NCBI GenBank assembly: GCA_002269645.1
Contig: NIVC01001130.1
Coordinates: forward strand, 1-64,000
Length of the DNA stretch: 64,000 nucleotides
Direction: 5' to 3'
DNA from: Macrostomum lignano
Lineage: Eukaryota
Shown one piece after another: positions 20,530-32,500 of the stretch (the first letter of the stretch is position 1; every line of letters starts with the position of its first letter). The translations under genes were made by a program, and so were the position numbers. The notes beneath the pieces were generated by a model. That model was not told the origin of the DNA, made no database searches, and was given only the letters and a program-made list of their open reading frames with translations.

Positions 20530-22236
20530 TTATTTCAGTATCTTCGTCTGCGGCTTCTTCCGATGTTTCGGTTGTTTCACTCCATTGCGTTTGGTATCTT
20601 TTCTCTGTCTTGTAGTCGACCGTTTGAATATAGGCTTCACCATTTTGTTTGTATCGGATCTCGTAGCATTCGTCGCTGTCGGAACTCGGCTTTCTTTCAT
20701 CTGTTCTTTTTCCATTTCTTCATCTTTCCATTGTATTTCGTAGCCTTGATCGCTGTCGGAACTTAGATTTTCCGCTCTCAGTTCTTCCTGCATTCCTTCT
20801 TCGGCTCGGTATCCATTCGTATCATCATGCACTTCGCAGTCGTGATCGTTGCCGTAACTTATACATTCTTCTTCTTCCTTCATTTCTTTGTCTTTCGTGC
20901 TTGTTTTGTCGTCATCCACTGTTGTCGATTCATAGTTGATTTCTCTGCCAGTCTTCATCTTTTCTTCGTTGCCGGTGTCGCTCTCCGTCTCCTCCCTTTT
21001 CTTGTGATTTACTTTCTTCCTGTTTTCTCTGCTGTCTCCGGTGGTCTCTTTTAATTCGATCATTTCGGTTTCATTCGCCTCTTCTGTCTTGTCAGTGTTG
21101 TCCTCGTGCGTCGTCTTCTTTTCGATCAAGCTGATGTCAAGTTCCGGGACTGTGAAGTCCATTTCCAAGTCGTTAATTGTGAAGACTTGCTGTTTTTGCT
21201 GCTCATTTTCCGGTGTGTACGTGAATGCATTCGCGTATCGTGGCATTGCTTGCGTTGGCTGTCTTTGTGTGTACCTGGCGTTGCGTGGCCTGTAGCCATT
21301 ATTTCTGAAGCGGCCTTCGTTTCCGAAGCGGCCACCATTTCCGGAGCGGTCATTATTTCCGAAGCGTCTATCATTTCCGAAGCGTCTTATGCCTTGTTGT
21401 TGGCGATTTTGATATTGCTGCCCTGGTTTCTGCGGCTTCTGATTGTTGAATATCTGTCGCGGCTTGTCGTATCTTGTTGACCAATGAGGACAATTAATCT
21501 GATAATGTCCTTCTTGTCCGCAGTAGTAACATCTGGCTGAGGCTTGTTCATTTCGTCTTTTTTGTTCGGCGATAGCAGCTCTCTGGTGCTGCATTAACTT
21601 GTTTAATTGCTGCGTCAGTTTCTGCACTTCATTGTTGCCTGTCGTCATTAATGGGGCACTGGCTTCCCATTGCATTCCGCACCGCAAAAGGTCTTCTTCG
21701 GTTTCGATATTTTCACGCAAAAGTCTATCCCGAAGTGACGGCTGTGCGTTGTTTATTACGTGCAGGATGAGGTTTTGTTCACGATCCATCAATCGTTGTC
21801 TTTCTCTGGCGGCTAATTCTGCCGCTCCCAGTGGCGGTTGGTCTGCAGCTTGCAGCGGTGGCTGATGCAGTGCCTTAATTATCTGGCGGATATCGTCCAC
21901 AAAGGCGAGGAAGGATTCTGTTGCTTGCATCCTTCTATTATGTAACTTGTGCAGCAGCACTGATCTGTTTGTGCCGCAACGGTTGAAATGCGCGCGCAGT
22001 TGAATGATTAGTGCTGGATAATTTTGCTGTGTTGCCGCATCCAGCTTGCCATAAATCTCTCGCGCAGTACCTTGGAGAAGAGGTGGCAGCAGCTGTGCCT
22101 TCTCTGGATTTTGTAGGTTGTATTCCCTACATACCAGGTCAAAATGGTCGACAAATGTGTTAAAATCTTTCTCCATCGAGAAGGTACCGACCGTTTCTTT
22201 GATGTCTCTGTGTACCGTTGGATTGCGCCGCGCCAT
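20530..22236 (-). CDS. gag: Gag (Ty3/Gypsy capsid, CCHC knuckle, FGND repeats) plus acidic linker; frameshifted near 20690 in this copy
   Basis: FNTFVDHFDLVC...ESFLAFVDDIR capsid-like helices; CYYCGQEGHYQINC. Confidence 0.9.
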   Translation of the reverse strand: MARRNPTVHRDIKETVGTFSMEKDFNTFVDHFDLVCREYNLQNPEKAQLLPPLLQGTAREIYGKLDAATQQNYPALIIQLRAHFNRCGTNRSVLLHKLHNRRMQATESFLAFVDDIRQIIKALHQPPLQAADQPPLGAAELAARERQRLMDREQNLILHVINNAQPSLRDRLLRENIETEEDLLRCGMQWEASAPLMTTGNNEVQKLTQQLNKLMQHQRAAIAEQKRRNEQASARCYYCGQEGHYQINCPHWSTRYDKPRQIFNNQKPQKPGQQYQNRQQQGIRRFGNDRRFGNNDRSGNGGRFGNEGRFRNNGYRPRNARYTQRQPTQAMPRYANAFTYTPENEQQKQQVFTINDLEMDFTVPELDISLIEKKTTHEDNTDKTEEANETEMIELKETTGDSRENRKKVNHKKREETESDTGNEEKMKTGREINYESTTVDDDKTSTKDKEMKEEEECISYGNDHDCEVHDDTNGYRAEEGMQEELRAENLSSDSDQGYEIQWKDEEMEKEQMKESRVPTATNATRSDTNKMVKPIFKRSTTRQRKDTKRNGVKQPKHRKKPQTKILK

Positions 22237-22952
22237 GTTGTTGATAGGATAGAACGGTAGTTCAAGATCTGGATCGATTTGTAACGGATCGTCCAGTGTG
22301 GTGTTTGCCTCGGAATAACCCTCGACTGTAACGAATTGCCTTGTGGTGTCGATCTGTTATTTGCTGGCCTCGAATGCGGTGTGGCTTGCTGCCACTGGTT
22401 GTCCTCAAATGAACTTGTTCTGTTCGCTTGCTGATTTCGCACTTAGCTCGTATGCGGCGTCCCGCAAAGTGTATCTTGAAGTGGACTTTGTCTTCTTGCT
22501 TTGCAAAGGCTTTTTTCTCTTCCTTGACTTTTCTCGTTTGTCAATTAACTCCGCTCTCCACGAAGTTTCAATTAATTTCGGTTTTGTTTTAGTTTTTGTG
22601 CCGGCAAAATGTTTCAGTTATTTTTTGTTTGTTTTGCGTCGACGATACTTTTATTTTCGGTTTGTTTTCAGTGTACCGATGAATTTAATTCGGTTTTGTT
22701 TTAAACTCACACTTGCTCGAGCTCGTTAAAACAAAATTTAACACGCCTGCTCAAACTGTACTCAAAATTGTCAGGTGCTCAAACCTGTACACCAAAATTT
22801 TTACTCGAGTTTCAAAACGTTCGGACTTCAAAAGTGTTAACTCTAACACGTGCGCGCAAAATTAATGAAGTCGCTCTGTCGTCACGTTACAATAGCTTGA
22901 TCAGGGCTATTGCTCAAAGTTTGAGTAGTGCCGAGAGGGCGAGATCACCAAT

Positions 22953-23804
22953 TGATGTGTTCCTTATTACCCGACTTTCGATAATCAAGGAACAATCACT
23001 TCTAGCTCAGCAGCTAGGCAACCCAGTAAGTCAACAGAAGGTATTCAATTACCTTGAGTCCTTTGGAGATCTCTCGGAGTAGTTCTCGATTTGCTTTAGT
23101 TGCAGGTGTAGTCACTTCTGACTTTCGTTTGTAGATCGGGTCCGATTCTTCTTTCTTCTTCAAATAGTTCCGGCCGGATTCTGTCGCTCGGACCAATGGG
23201 AAGCTTCCGAATTAACAATGGGATCCCTGCGCCAAACTGCGGTCTAAATTAAGCCTCCTTCTTCTAGCAGTGCCTCTATGCACTCTAGGTATAGCTCCGG
23301 AAACCACTGATAGTCCTCTAAGATCTATCAGGGGCAGTCCTTCTGGAGACTGCAACCAATGGAGTCTAAACAGACTCAAGAGTCTTAACAGACTCAAATA
23401 GACTCAAGTCTCAATAGACTTGAGCGAGACGTCTCTAACACAACGGCGCAAATAAGGAAGGCTTACCGCAACAACTCGACCGAGTCTCGATTGACTTGGT
23501 ATATCAGGAAGTCCTCCTAAGGCTCCCTCTTCGGAGCTTCTCCTCTCGTCGGGAGTTGGCTCCTGGTCCGCTTCGGACCGCTTGTATTTATAGGCAACTT
23601 TTTGATCCAAAATAGCATCATTACAATCCACGTGTTGCGCTAAAAGGGGAAAATGGCTCATGGCGTATCATTTTGGTAACATCTTTTCCTGGTAGCGTGA
23701 TTCATTCAAAGCTTAGGCGCACATGCGTGTACTTACTTACTTATAGTAGCATTATACGATTATCTTCTTTTAACCTTTTTTAACGGGAGGTAGAACACTC
23801 TACA
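22953..23804 (-). repeat. LTR type I (852 bp), 5' LTR of copy 2
   Basis: TG...CA termini; PBS adjacent; outer flank is RING-B sequence. Confidence 0.92.
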
Positions 23805-25027
23805 AATACTCGTGAGTCCAGGGTGCTCGCGAGCCAGGCTCCTGGAAATGCCAAGGACGATACGCCATGACTCCTGATGCCGGTGCGGCCACGGCCACGA
23901 CCGGACGGCGATGGACAATTGTTCAAAGGTCAAGCTGTCCGGCTCCGCCAACGTCAACTCTGGCACTGGTGTTATTGTCGCCAGCATCAGCGCCGTCGAA
24001 TGGTTGACAGGAGCCAGACATTCGGTTCAGATCTCAATATCTCTTGCACCGTACCTCCGGAGACAGTTTGCACAAACCCAATGTCGGTTGGAACACACCT
24101 GAACGTGGGGCTATTCGCCGCATACCACACAGGTAGCCCGCGCGCGACGGCAGACCGGGCAGGTAGATAGCATGGTAACATTGCCATCCACCTGCTGCGC
24201 CATGGCGTCGCAGGAGACACACACGCGGTGTCCCCACTCACACGTCGGAATCATATAGTCCCGATTCTCGAGACAGCAGGGGCATACGTCGTTGTTCTCG
24301 GCCATCTGCGGGTTTTATGTAATCATCGTAATTAAAGCAGTCAGGGTGAAGCATACAGTCTACTGTGTATACCGCAAAAGCCATATAAAATAACTGCGTG
24401 ACAAAATTAGTCTTTTTAGCGCGTGGCAAAAATGTGCAATGTCCAGTGAAACGCGTGATGGGCATGCAAAAATTGTCGTAGATTTCGTTCTATATCCAGG
24501 GGTAACATATGACGCAATATTCCTTGATTGTTATGTGCCTACAGTAGTAATTCATTGCGTGAGCGTCGAGCGAAACGAGGTACTGGCCAAAAGTCTAGCA
24601 ACTGTTCGATACGTATTGCGGGTAGTGTTCGAATATTATCAACATGTAAGCATCGGTTGGCGTCGGGCTTGATGCGACACCACTTCTTAAAGGTGCTGTC
24701 CGTCGGCATACTGTTACAGATAGGGCACCCTATGATGCCCCTACTGGCGGTGCGTTTCAAGCATTGCATGCAGAAAAAATGATTTTGACGACAGTATTGA
24801 AAAGTGCGCCACGAGTAACAATAGGCGCACTGCGTCAGACTACTCCTACATAGGGGGCAGCTTTGCCAGGGTTGGATATGATGCGCGTCACACAAGCACC
24901 TTCCGCATATGCGATGATTATTTGTACAAATGGTTGGTGGTTTTATATGCAGGTCATCTTCCAAAAAGACAGGGCATTCATTGAGTTGCTGTGGCTGGGT
25001 CGCCAGTCTAGACTGTGCATTGCCCAT
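23805..25027 (-). pseudogene. Degraded RING-B (23805-24305) and RING-A (~24418-25027) of deleted copy 3
   Basis: MAENNDVCPCC...; MGNAQSR...FWPVPRF; internal stops and a deletion. Confidence 0.8.
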
Positions 25028-25173
25028 AGTCGTTAGCCCAGCGTCAGTTGCAGTTATGAAGTAGACTGTAGAGTTCGCTTGTGGAGTCGCTCGGATTAGT
25101 CGCCTCTTACGACAAGCTTGCGAAGCTGTAGAGCTATTCTGACCCGGTCTCTACACGGGTTTGTTTTCGCAAC

Positions 25174-26158
25174 TTAACGAGGTCGCAGATTATAGCCGTG
25201 CGGCTGGCTCTCGTTCGTTGTTTGGGTCTCCTCGTGCTTCGTTGCGATGTGGCGGTTTGTCGAACGCGTGCGGTCGGCATTGTCAAGTGACGGTAGAAAT
25301 GTCGCCGTGTCAGTGTTGATCCTTTTCAATCGATGAATGTGCACGTAGAATTGATGCTGATGTGGATCTTGCACATTAGCCAGGCGTACCGTTGTTGGTG
25401 ACGTTAGTTGGACCACTCGATATGGTCATTTGTACTTCTGCGCATGTTTATGCGTCTGCTGTGGCGGGTAGTGCAGGTAGACGATGTCGCCGGCCGTCAG
25501 GGTTGTTGATCTCGTGTCGTTGCCGGTGGTCAGAGCCACCTGATTGTCAATGTTGTGCTTGGCGATCTTCCATGCGAGGTGTAGCTGCGTGACGAATTTT
25601 TGAATGGAAGTCGGTACTTCCACGTACTGCGATGGTAGTAATTGTTGTGCGAGCAGATTCGGCGGCTGGAAGTCTCGTCCAAACATTAGGAAGAATGACG
25701 TGTTGTCCGTTGATCGATGAATAGCGCTGTTGTAGGCCATTGTTACGGATTACAGGTAGATGATCCAGTCTTCCGGCTGTTGATGCGCGAAGTGCGTGAT
25801 CATCTCGTGCAGATTGCGATGAAACCGTTCAACCATGTTAGCTTTTGGATTGTAGGTCGACGTGTAGATCTGCGTGATGTTGAGTATCTTCACAACTTGC
25901 TGAAACAGTTTAGATACAAATTGTGACAACAATTGTGACAATGGATCGAAATCTACGATCCATCAGCTTGCCGTAAATTTTTCGTGCAGTACCTTGGAGA
26001 AGAGGTGGCAGCAGCTGTGCCTTCTCTGGATTTTGTAGGTTGTATTCCCTACATACCAGGTCAAAATGGTCGACAAATGTGTTAAAATCTTTCTCCATCG
26101 AGAAGGTACCGACCGTTTCTTTGATGTCTCTGTGTACCGTTGGATTGCGCCGCGCCAT
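25174..26158 (-). pseudogene. Copy 3 core: Gag N-terminus joined to the integrase C-half by a large deletion
   Basis: MARRNP...IYGKL, filler, then QLFQQVV...GYNLRPR. Confidence 0.85.
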
Positions 26159-26871
26159 GTTGTTGATAGGATAGAACGGTAGTTCAATATCTGGATCGAT
26201 TTGTAACGGATCGTCCAGTGTGGTGTTTGCCTCGGAATAAACCTTGACTGTAACGAATTGCCTTGTGGTGTCGATCTGTTATTCGTTGGCCTCGAAGTTG
26301 CGGCTTGCTTCCACTGGTTGTCCTCAATTGAACTCGTTTTGTTCGCTTGCTGATTTCGCACTTATGCGGCGTCCCGCAAAGTGTATCTTCAAGTTGAAGT
26401 GGACTTGTCTTTTGCTTTGCAAAGGCTTTTTTCTCTTCTTTGACTTTTCTCGTTTGTCAATTAACTCCGCTCTCCACGAAGTTTCAATTAATTTCGGTTT
26501 TGTTTTAGTTTTTGTGCCGGCAAAATGTTTCAGTTATTTTTTGTTTGTTTTGCGTCGACGATACTTTTATTTTCGGTTTGTTTTCAGTGTACCGACGAAG
26601 TTAATTTCGGTTTTGTTTTTAAACTCACACTTGCTCAAGCTCGTTAAAACAAAATTTTCAACACGCGTGCTCAAACTGTACTCAAATTTGACAGGTGCTC
26701 AAACCTGTACACCAAATTTTTACTCGAGTTTTAAAACGTACGGACTTCAAAAGTGTTAACTCTAACACGTGCGCGCAAAACTAATGAAGTCGCTCTTTCG
26801 TCACTTTACAATAGCTTGGCCAGGCTATTGCTCAAAAGTTTGAGTAGTGCCGAGAGGGCGAGATCACCAAT

Positions 26872-27859
26872 TGATGTGTTCCTTATTACCAGTCTTTTGA
26901 TAATCAAGGAACCACCACTTCTAGCTATTTAGCTAGGCAACCCAGTTATCAACAAGGTATTACTTACCTCGACTTTCCTCAGAGATATCTCTTCTTAATT
27001 CGCGCGGTAGATTCTCGTTGATCTCGTCTGTAGATCCTTCGGCGATCGCGTAGACCAGGTTCTGTGTGTCTCCTGTTTCGGGCCCTTTGCTTCTTTGTTA
27101 CTTCCGATGAAGTAACGTCCGGTCGGTAATGTAGTCAGGGCCAATCAGATTCTTCTTGTCGACAATGGGATCCCTGCGCCAAATATAGCGGTTTCTCTTA
27201 AGCCTTCTTCTTCTAGTGGTGCTTCTCTGCACTCTACTAGGTATGCTCCGGATATCGCTAGTAGGTCCTCTACGATCTACTAGGGTAGTCCTTCGGGAGA
27301 CTACGACCACAGGAGTCTCAACAGACTCAAAAGTCTCAATAAACTTAATTAAACGCAAGTCTCAATAGACAAGAGCGAGCCGGCTCTAACAACAATAGGC
27401 GCAATGAAGAAAGGCTTACCGCAACTATCAGACCGTCTTAGTTGACTGGTTACTAGTATGTCGTCCTATCGACGCACTCTTCGGAGCGCTCCTCTTCCGT
27501 GGGGAGAATGACTCCGGTGCCGCTCTGGGCCACTTATATTTATAGGCATTTTGTCCATGAGTCACGTGTTGCGCTGTAAGGTGAAATAAGATTGATTGTG
27601 GTTAAATATAGTAACATGACTCATGCTGTTACTATAAATAGTAACATGAATCATTCTGATGCTATAAATAGTAACATGAATCACTATGTCGCCATATGTT
27701 GCAACATGATTCATCCGCTATAAATAGCCACATGATTAATATGCTATAAATAGCAACTTACATCATTTTCTATCTTAAGTGCGCATGCATGCACTTGCTT
27801 ACTTACAGTAGTATCTATGATTTTTACTTTTTACTTTTATCGGGAGGTAGAACACTACA
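26872..27859 (-). repeat. LTR type III (988 bp), shared between copies 3 and 4
   Basis: PBS on one side and PPT on the other; U3 with repeated AAATAGTAACATGA-like units. Confidence 0.88.
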
Positions 27860-28107
27860 AATTCTCCCTTTTTCACGAAAAAACTCGTCCCGAGTTTAAA
27901 CAATGAAATAAAACAGTGGTTTGTACCATCTAGTAGTAAAAAATGTGCCAAATCTGTATTTATACATAAGGCATCGTGTATAAACTCTACTATTCGTGAC
28001 TGTTAGTGTTCGTTCAGTCATGTTCGTGCGCTGTCCTGGCTCTTCTGGTTGAGTCCAAGTTTCGCCGTAGGCCTACCGCACCTTGTCGCCGTGAGCTGTT
28101 GAGGCAT

Positions 28108-28743
28108 TCAGCCAAAACTGATCTGTAGCGTGTGTGTGACTTGCTGTGCAGCTCGGGCAACCAAGCAGGCCACCGCCCAGAACAGTGGCTGAAACCACAG
28201 GAACCTCGGGTCCTCCGTCCGCTCCAGCAGGATCAGGTAGCAGTCTATCTCTGTGGTCGCTACCATCTCCCTGACCCTTGTCCTGGCAATATCCAATAGG
28301 TGCTGCCAGGCGGCCAAGTGCCGGGACGACCATGGCCAAGACCTGACGGCGACCGCCAGTTGTTCCAGCGTAAGCGCGTCTGGTTCCTTCAGCGCCAACT
28401 CCGGTATCACTGACATTTGATCGAGCAGGAGGGACGCGGGGCCGGTCAGCTGGGCCAGGCAGACGGTACACGTGCGAATGTCACGTGCACCGTAACGCTG
28501 CAAACATGTAAAACACAGCCAGTGCCTGCTTGCACAGGCTTGGATGTTAGGCTGGTCGCCGCAGATGGCACAAAGGACCCTCGGCCTGCGGCAGACCGGA
28601 CAGGCGAAGAGCATTGTTACTTCGCCGTTTACCTCTCGAGCCCGCTGGTCGCATGGGAAGCACACTTGGTGCCCCCATTCACATGTCGGGAGCATCGGCT
28701 CCCGTACTTCCAGACAGCAGGGGCAGGTGTTGTAGTTGTCCAT
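28108..28743 (-). CDS. RING-B, intact (211 aa from the ATG at 28743)
   Basis: CPCC-x10-C-x3-H-x2-C-x2-C...CPVC and CAIC-x8-C-x3-H-x2-C-x2-C-x11-CTVC; CCCGCAG directly before the ATG. Confidence 0.87.
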   Translation of the reverse strand: MDNYNTCPCCLEVREPMLPTCEWGHQVCFPCDQRAREVNGEVTMLFACPVCRRPRVLCAICGDQPNIQACASRHWLCFTCLQRYGARDIRTCTVCLAQLTGPASLLLDQMSVIPELALKEPDALTLEQLAVAVRSWPWSSRHLAAWQHLLDIARTRVREMVATTEIDCYLILLERTEDPRFLWFQPLFWAVACLVARAAQQVTHTLQISFG

Positions 28744-28805
28744 CTGCGGGTGACATACATTATTGTTATTAACCTGAGGACTTGTGGCGTTAACAGTTGA
28801 ATATG

Positions 28806-29474
28806 TTACTGGGGATATCGCAAAAGCCATATAAAATTGCTGCGTGACAAAATAAGCCGTTGAAGCGCGTAACAATAGATTCGCAAGGACCAGTGAAACG
28901 CATTATGTGCACTTAAAAACTGCCTAAGGAGCCTATCTATAGCAAGAGGTGCCATATGACGCAGTAGACCTTGATTTTCATGTGCGTATAAAAACAATTC
29001 ATAGCGCGATCTCTGAGCTGAGCGCGGGACTGGCCAAAACTCCAGTCGTTGCTCAATAGTAATAGCGGGTAAGGTGCAAATAGTATCGAGGGTTAAAATA
29101 CGCATAGGCTCGGGTTGTATGCGACACCACTGCCTGAAGGCGCGTCCGTACGGTATGTCGTTACAAACGGGACACCCGACGATGCCTCGTTTGGTTGTTC
29201 TTTTAAAGCATTGCATGCAAATAAAATGTTCCTGTCTACAAAATTGAAATGTGCGCCAGGAGTAACAATAATCACACTGTCTAAGACTACTTCTACATAA
29301 CGGGCAATTTTGCCAGGGTTGAATATAATGAGCGTTACTTAAACATTGTCCGCATATGCGATGTCCATTTACACAGATAATCGGTGGCTTGACAGCCAAG
29401 TCATCAGTTAAACAAATTGGACAGTCATATCGCTGCTGAGGTTGGAACCCCTGTTTTGACAGTGCGTTGCCCAT
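28806..29474 (-). CDS. RING-A, intact divergent allele (222 aa)
   Basis: MGNALSK; all zinc ligands of both RINGs conserved despite many substitutions. Confidence 0.88.
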   Translation of the reverse strand: MGNALSKQGFQPQQRYDCPICLTDDLAVKPPIICVNGHRICGQCLSNAHYIQPWQNCPLCRSSLRQCDYCYSWRTFQFCRQEHFICMQCFKRTTKRGIVGCPVCNDIPYGRAFRQWCRIQPEPMRILTLDTICTLPAITIEQRLEFWPVPRSAQRSRYELFLYAHENQGLLRHMAPLAIDRLLRQFLSAHNAFHWSLRIYCYALQRLILSRSNFIWLLRYPQ

Positions 29475-29587
29475 AATCGTCTTCAATTAGTTAGTGTCTT
29501 GGTCGCTCAGATTAGTCGCCTTTTACAAGCTTGCGAAGCTGTAGTGCTATTCTTATCCCGGTCACTACACGGGGTCGTTCTCGAAAT

Positions 29588-32500
29588 TTAGCGTCGTCGT
29601 AGGTTATAGCCATGCGGCTGATTCCCACATGTAGTCTGTGTCTCCACGTGCTTCGTTGCTTCGTGGCGATTCGTTGAACGCGTGCGAACCGCGTTGTCCA
29701 GTGACGGCAGAAATGTTGCCGTGTCCGTGTTAATCTTCTTTAGTCGATGAATGTGTACGTAGAACTGGTGCTGATGTGGATCTTGTACATTAGCCAGGCG
29801 TGCCGTTGTTGGTGACGTTAGTTGGACCACTCGATAGGGTCCTTTGTACTTCTGTGCATGTTTGTGCGTCTGTTGTGGCGGGTAGTGTAGGTAGACGATA
29901 TCGCCGGCCGTCAGGGTTGTTGATCTCGCGTCGTTGCCGGTGGTCAGAGCCACCTGGTTGTCAATATTGTGCTTGGCGATCTTCCATGCGAGGTGTAGTT
30001 GCGTGACGAATTTTTAAATGGAAGTCGGTACTTCCACGTACTGTGATGGTACTAATTGCTGTGCGAGCAAATTCGGCGGCTGGAAGTCTCGTCCAAACAT
30101 TAGGAAGAATGGCGTATTGTCCGTTGATCGATGAATAGCGCTGTTGTAAGCCATTGTTACAGATTGCAGGTAGATGATCCAGTCTTCCGGCTGTTGGTGC
30201 GCGAAGTGTGTAATCATCTCGTGCAGGTTGCGGTGAAACCTTTCAACCATTCAACCTTTCAACCGTTCGCCTTCGGATTGTAGGTCGATGTGTAGATTTT
30301 CGTGATGTTGAGAATCTTTACGACTTGCTGAAACAGTTGCGATGTAAACTGCGATCCGTTGTCCGATGTGAGGTTCTTCGGCGTGCCGTACTTGCAAATG
30401 ATTTCGTTGAAGAAACTCATTGCCACTGTCTGAGCTGTGATGTCCGGTATCAGTATTGCGATAGCAAACTTCGAGAAGATATCCAAGGCGGTTAGAATGT
30501 AGGTGTAGGCGATGCCCTGGAGGCAGCTCGGTGGTAGCGGTCCGGTGATGTCGATGCTTAGACAGTCCATTGTAGTCGACTTCGGAATGGACTGTAGCTG
30601 CGCTTTCTGTCGTCGTCCTGTCTTTGATGCTGCGCATGAGTGACAGTTGTTGCAATACTGCTTGATGTCGCCGTACATAGTTGACCAAAAGTAGTATTGT
30701 TCCACTCTCGCGATGGTCTTTGCTGCCGACAGGTGTCCAGCGAGTGGGTTGTCGTGCAGCTCGTTGAGAATTGCTTGCCGAAACGAATATGGTACGTAGA
30801 TCTTGGGTTTATTGTCGACATGAGTCGACAATTGTCGCTCATCCAGTAGAGCCGTGACTTATTGATTGTTAGGTGTTGTCGTTGCTTGCGTAGGAATTTT
30901 CGTTCTATGGGGCTGAGTTTGATGTCGTCGTCTTTAACCGCTTGGTAGAAGTTGTCGCGCTCGGTTTCATCCACCAACTCCTTGATGTTAGGGATTGGAT
31001 GAATGGCGTTGACTTCATAGGCTCTTGACAGGGCGTCCGCGGCTTTGTTGGTAATTCCTGGTTTGTAGACGAGTTTGTAGTTGTAATCCTGGATCTTGAG
31101 TGTCATCCTGATGAGTCGGTTGTTGGTCTGTCCTTTTGTAGTTACGACGTAGGTCAATGGTGCATGATCCGTGCGTACTATCGTCTGTATTGGAGAACCA
31201 TAGATGTAGTAATGAAACTGTCGCAGGGCGAACAAGACTCCTAGTAGCTCTCGTTCCGTAGCTGACCACTTTGTTTCATTTGGTTTGAGTGCTCGACTGA
31301 CGTAAGCAATAGGTCGTTCCTTCTTGTCCTCGGTTTCCTGTAGTAGGACTGCTCCGAGTCCCGTTCCTGAGGCGTCTGTCTCGATGATGAAGGGCTTGTC
31401 GAAGTCCGGATGCTGTAGCAGTGCGTCTGATGTCAGCTGTCGCTTGATTTAGTCGAAACTTTCTTGTTGTCTCTGTGTCCAGTTGTCTTGCTTCCATTTG
31501 TCAAACTTGAGCAAATCGTACAGCGGCTTGGCTGTTTTCGCGAAGTTTGGTAGAAACTTCCGAAAGTATTGCGCAATTCCAAGAAATGATTGTACTTTCG
31601 TTATGCTTTTTGGCGTAGGAAACTTTTTAACTTTCTCCACATTGTCTGGATCCGGCGAGATTCCTTCGGCCGTTACCTGGTGTCCTAGGTAACGCACGTT
31701 GTCTCGGAAGAATTTGCACTTCGTCGGTTGCAGCTTAAGACCTTGGCGTTGAATGAGCGCTAGGGCCTTCTCCGTAGCTTCGTAGAGTCGCTCGAAATCC
31801 TCTCCATAGGCCAAAATGTCGTCGACATAGTGCAGCAGGTTAGTGCATCCTGCAAGCATGTATGCTGTGAGTCGACTCATCGTTGCTGGGCTGTTGCTAA
31901 GTCCCATCGGCGATCGATTGTACTCGTAGACTTGTCCATTTTAGGTCTCGAAGGCTGTGTACTGGCGCGATTCCTTGTCGATTTCTATTTGCCAAAATCC
32001 ATGACGTAGGTCGAATACCGTGAACAGTTTTTCCGTGTTGAGCTTTGCTAGTTCGGAGATCTTCGGTAGGCTTTGCTGATCTGTCCGTATGTACTTGTTC
32101 AATAGTCTGAAGTCGCATACGAGTCGTCTTTCGTTAGTCTCCTTCTTTTGTACCAGTAGGCACGGTGAGGAGTAAGCCGAAATAGCTTTGCTGATGATGC
32201 CGTGCTTTAGCATTTTATCGATAATTTTGTCGAAGTGCTGTTGCAGGTACTTGGCAATCGGGTACGGCTTGCATTGAATTGGTTCCGTGTGCGGTAGAAG
32301 CTTGATCTCTTGTTTAATGTCTTTAGCGCATCCGATGTCGTAATCGTGATGGCAGAAGGCTTCGTTGTACTTCCACAACAGTTGTCGAACTTTCTTCTTT
32401 TGTTGTTTCGTAATCGGGCTGTCTTCCAGGTTGATTTTCTTTTCAAATTCCTCTTCCGTTAATCGTGGAGTTGCGTGCTCAATTAGCATCACTGATGCCT

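Larger units (their letters stand above)
12169..23804 (-). mobile_element. Copy 2: near full-length element (11.6 kb), LTR-PBS-gag-env-pol-RING-A-RING-B-PPT-LTR
   Basis: All parts present in order; a few frameshifts and stops; no TSD found. Confidence 0.9.
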
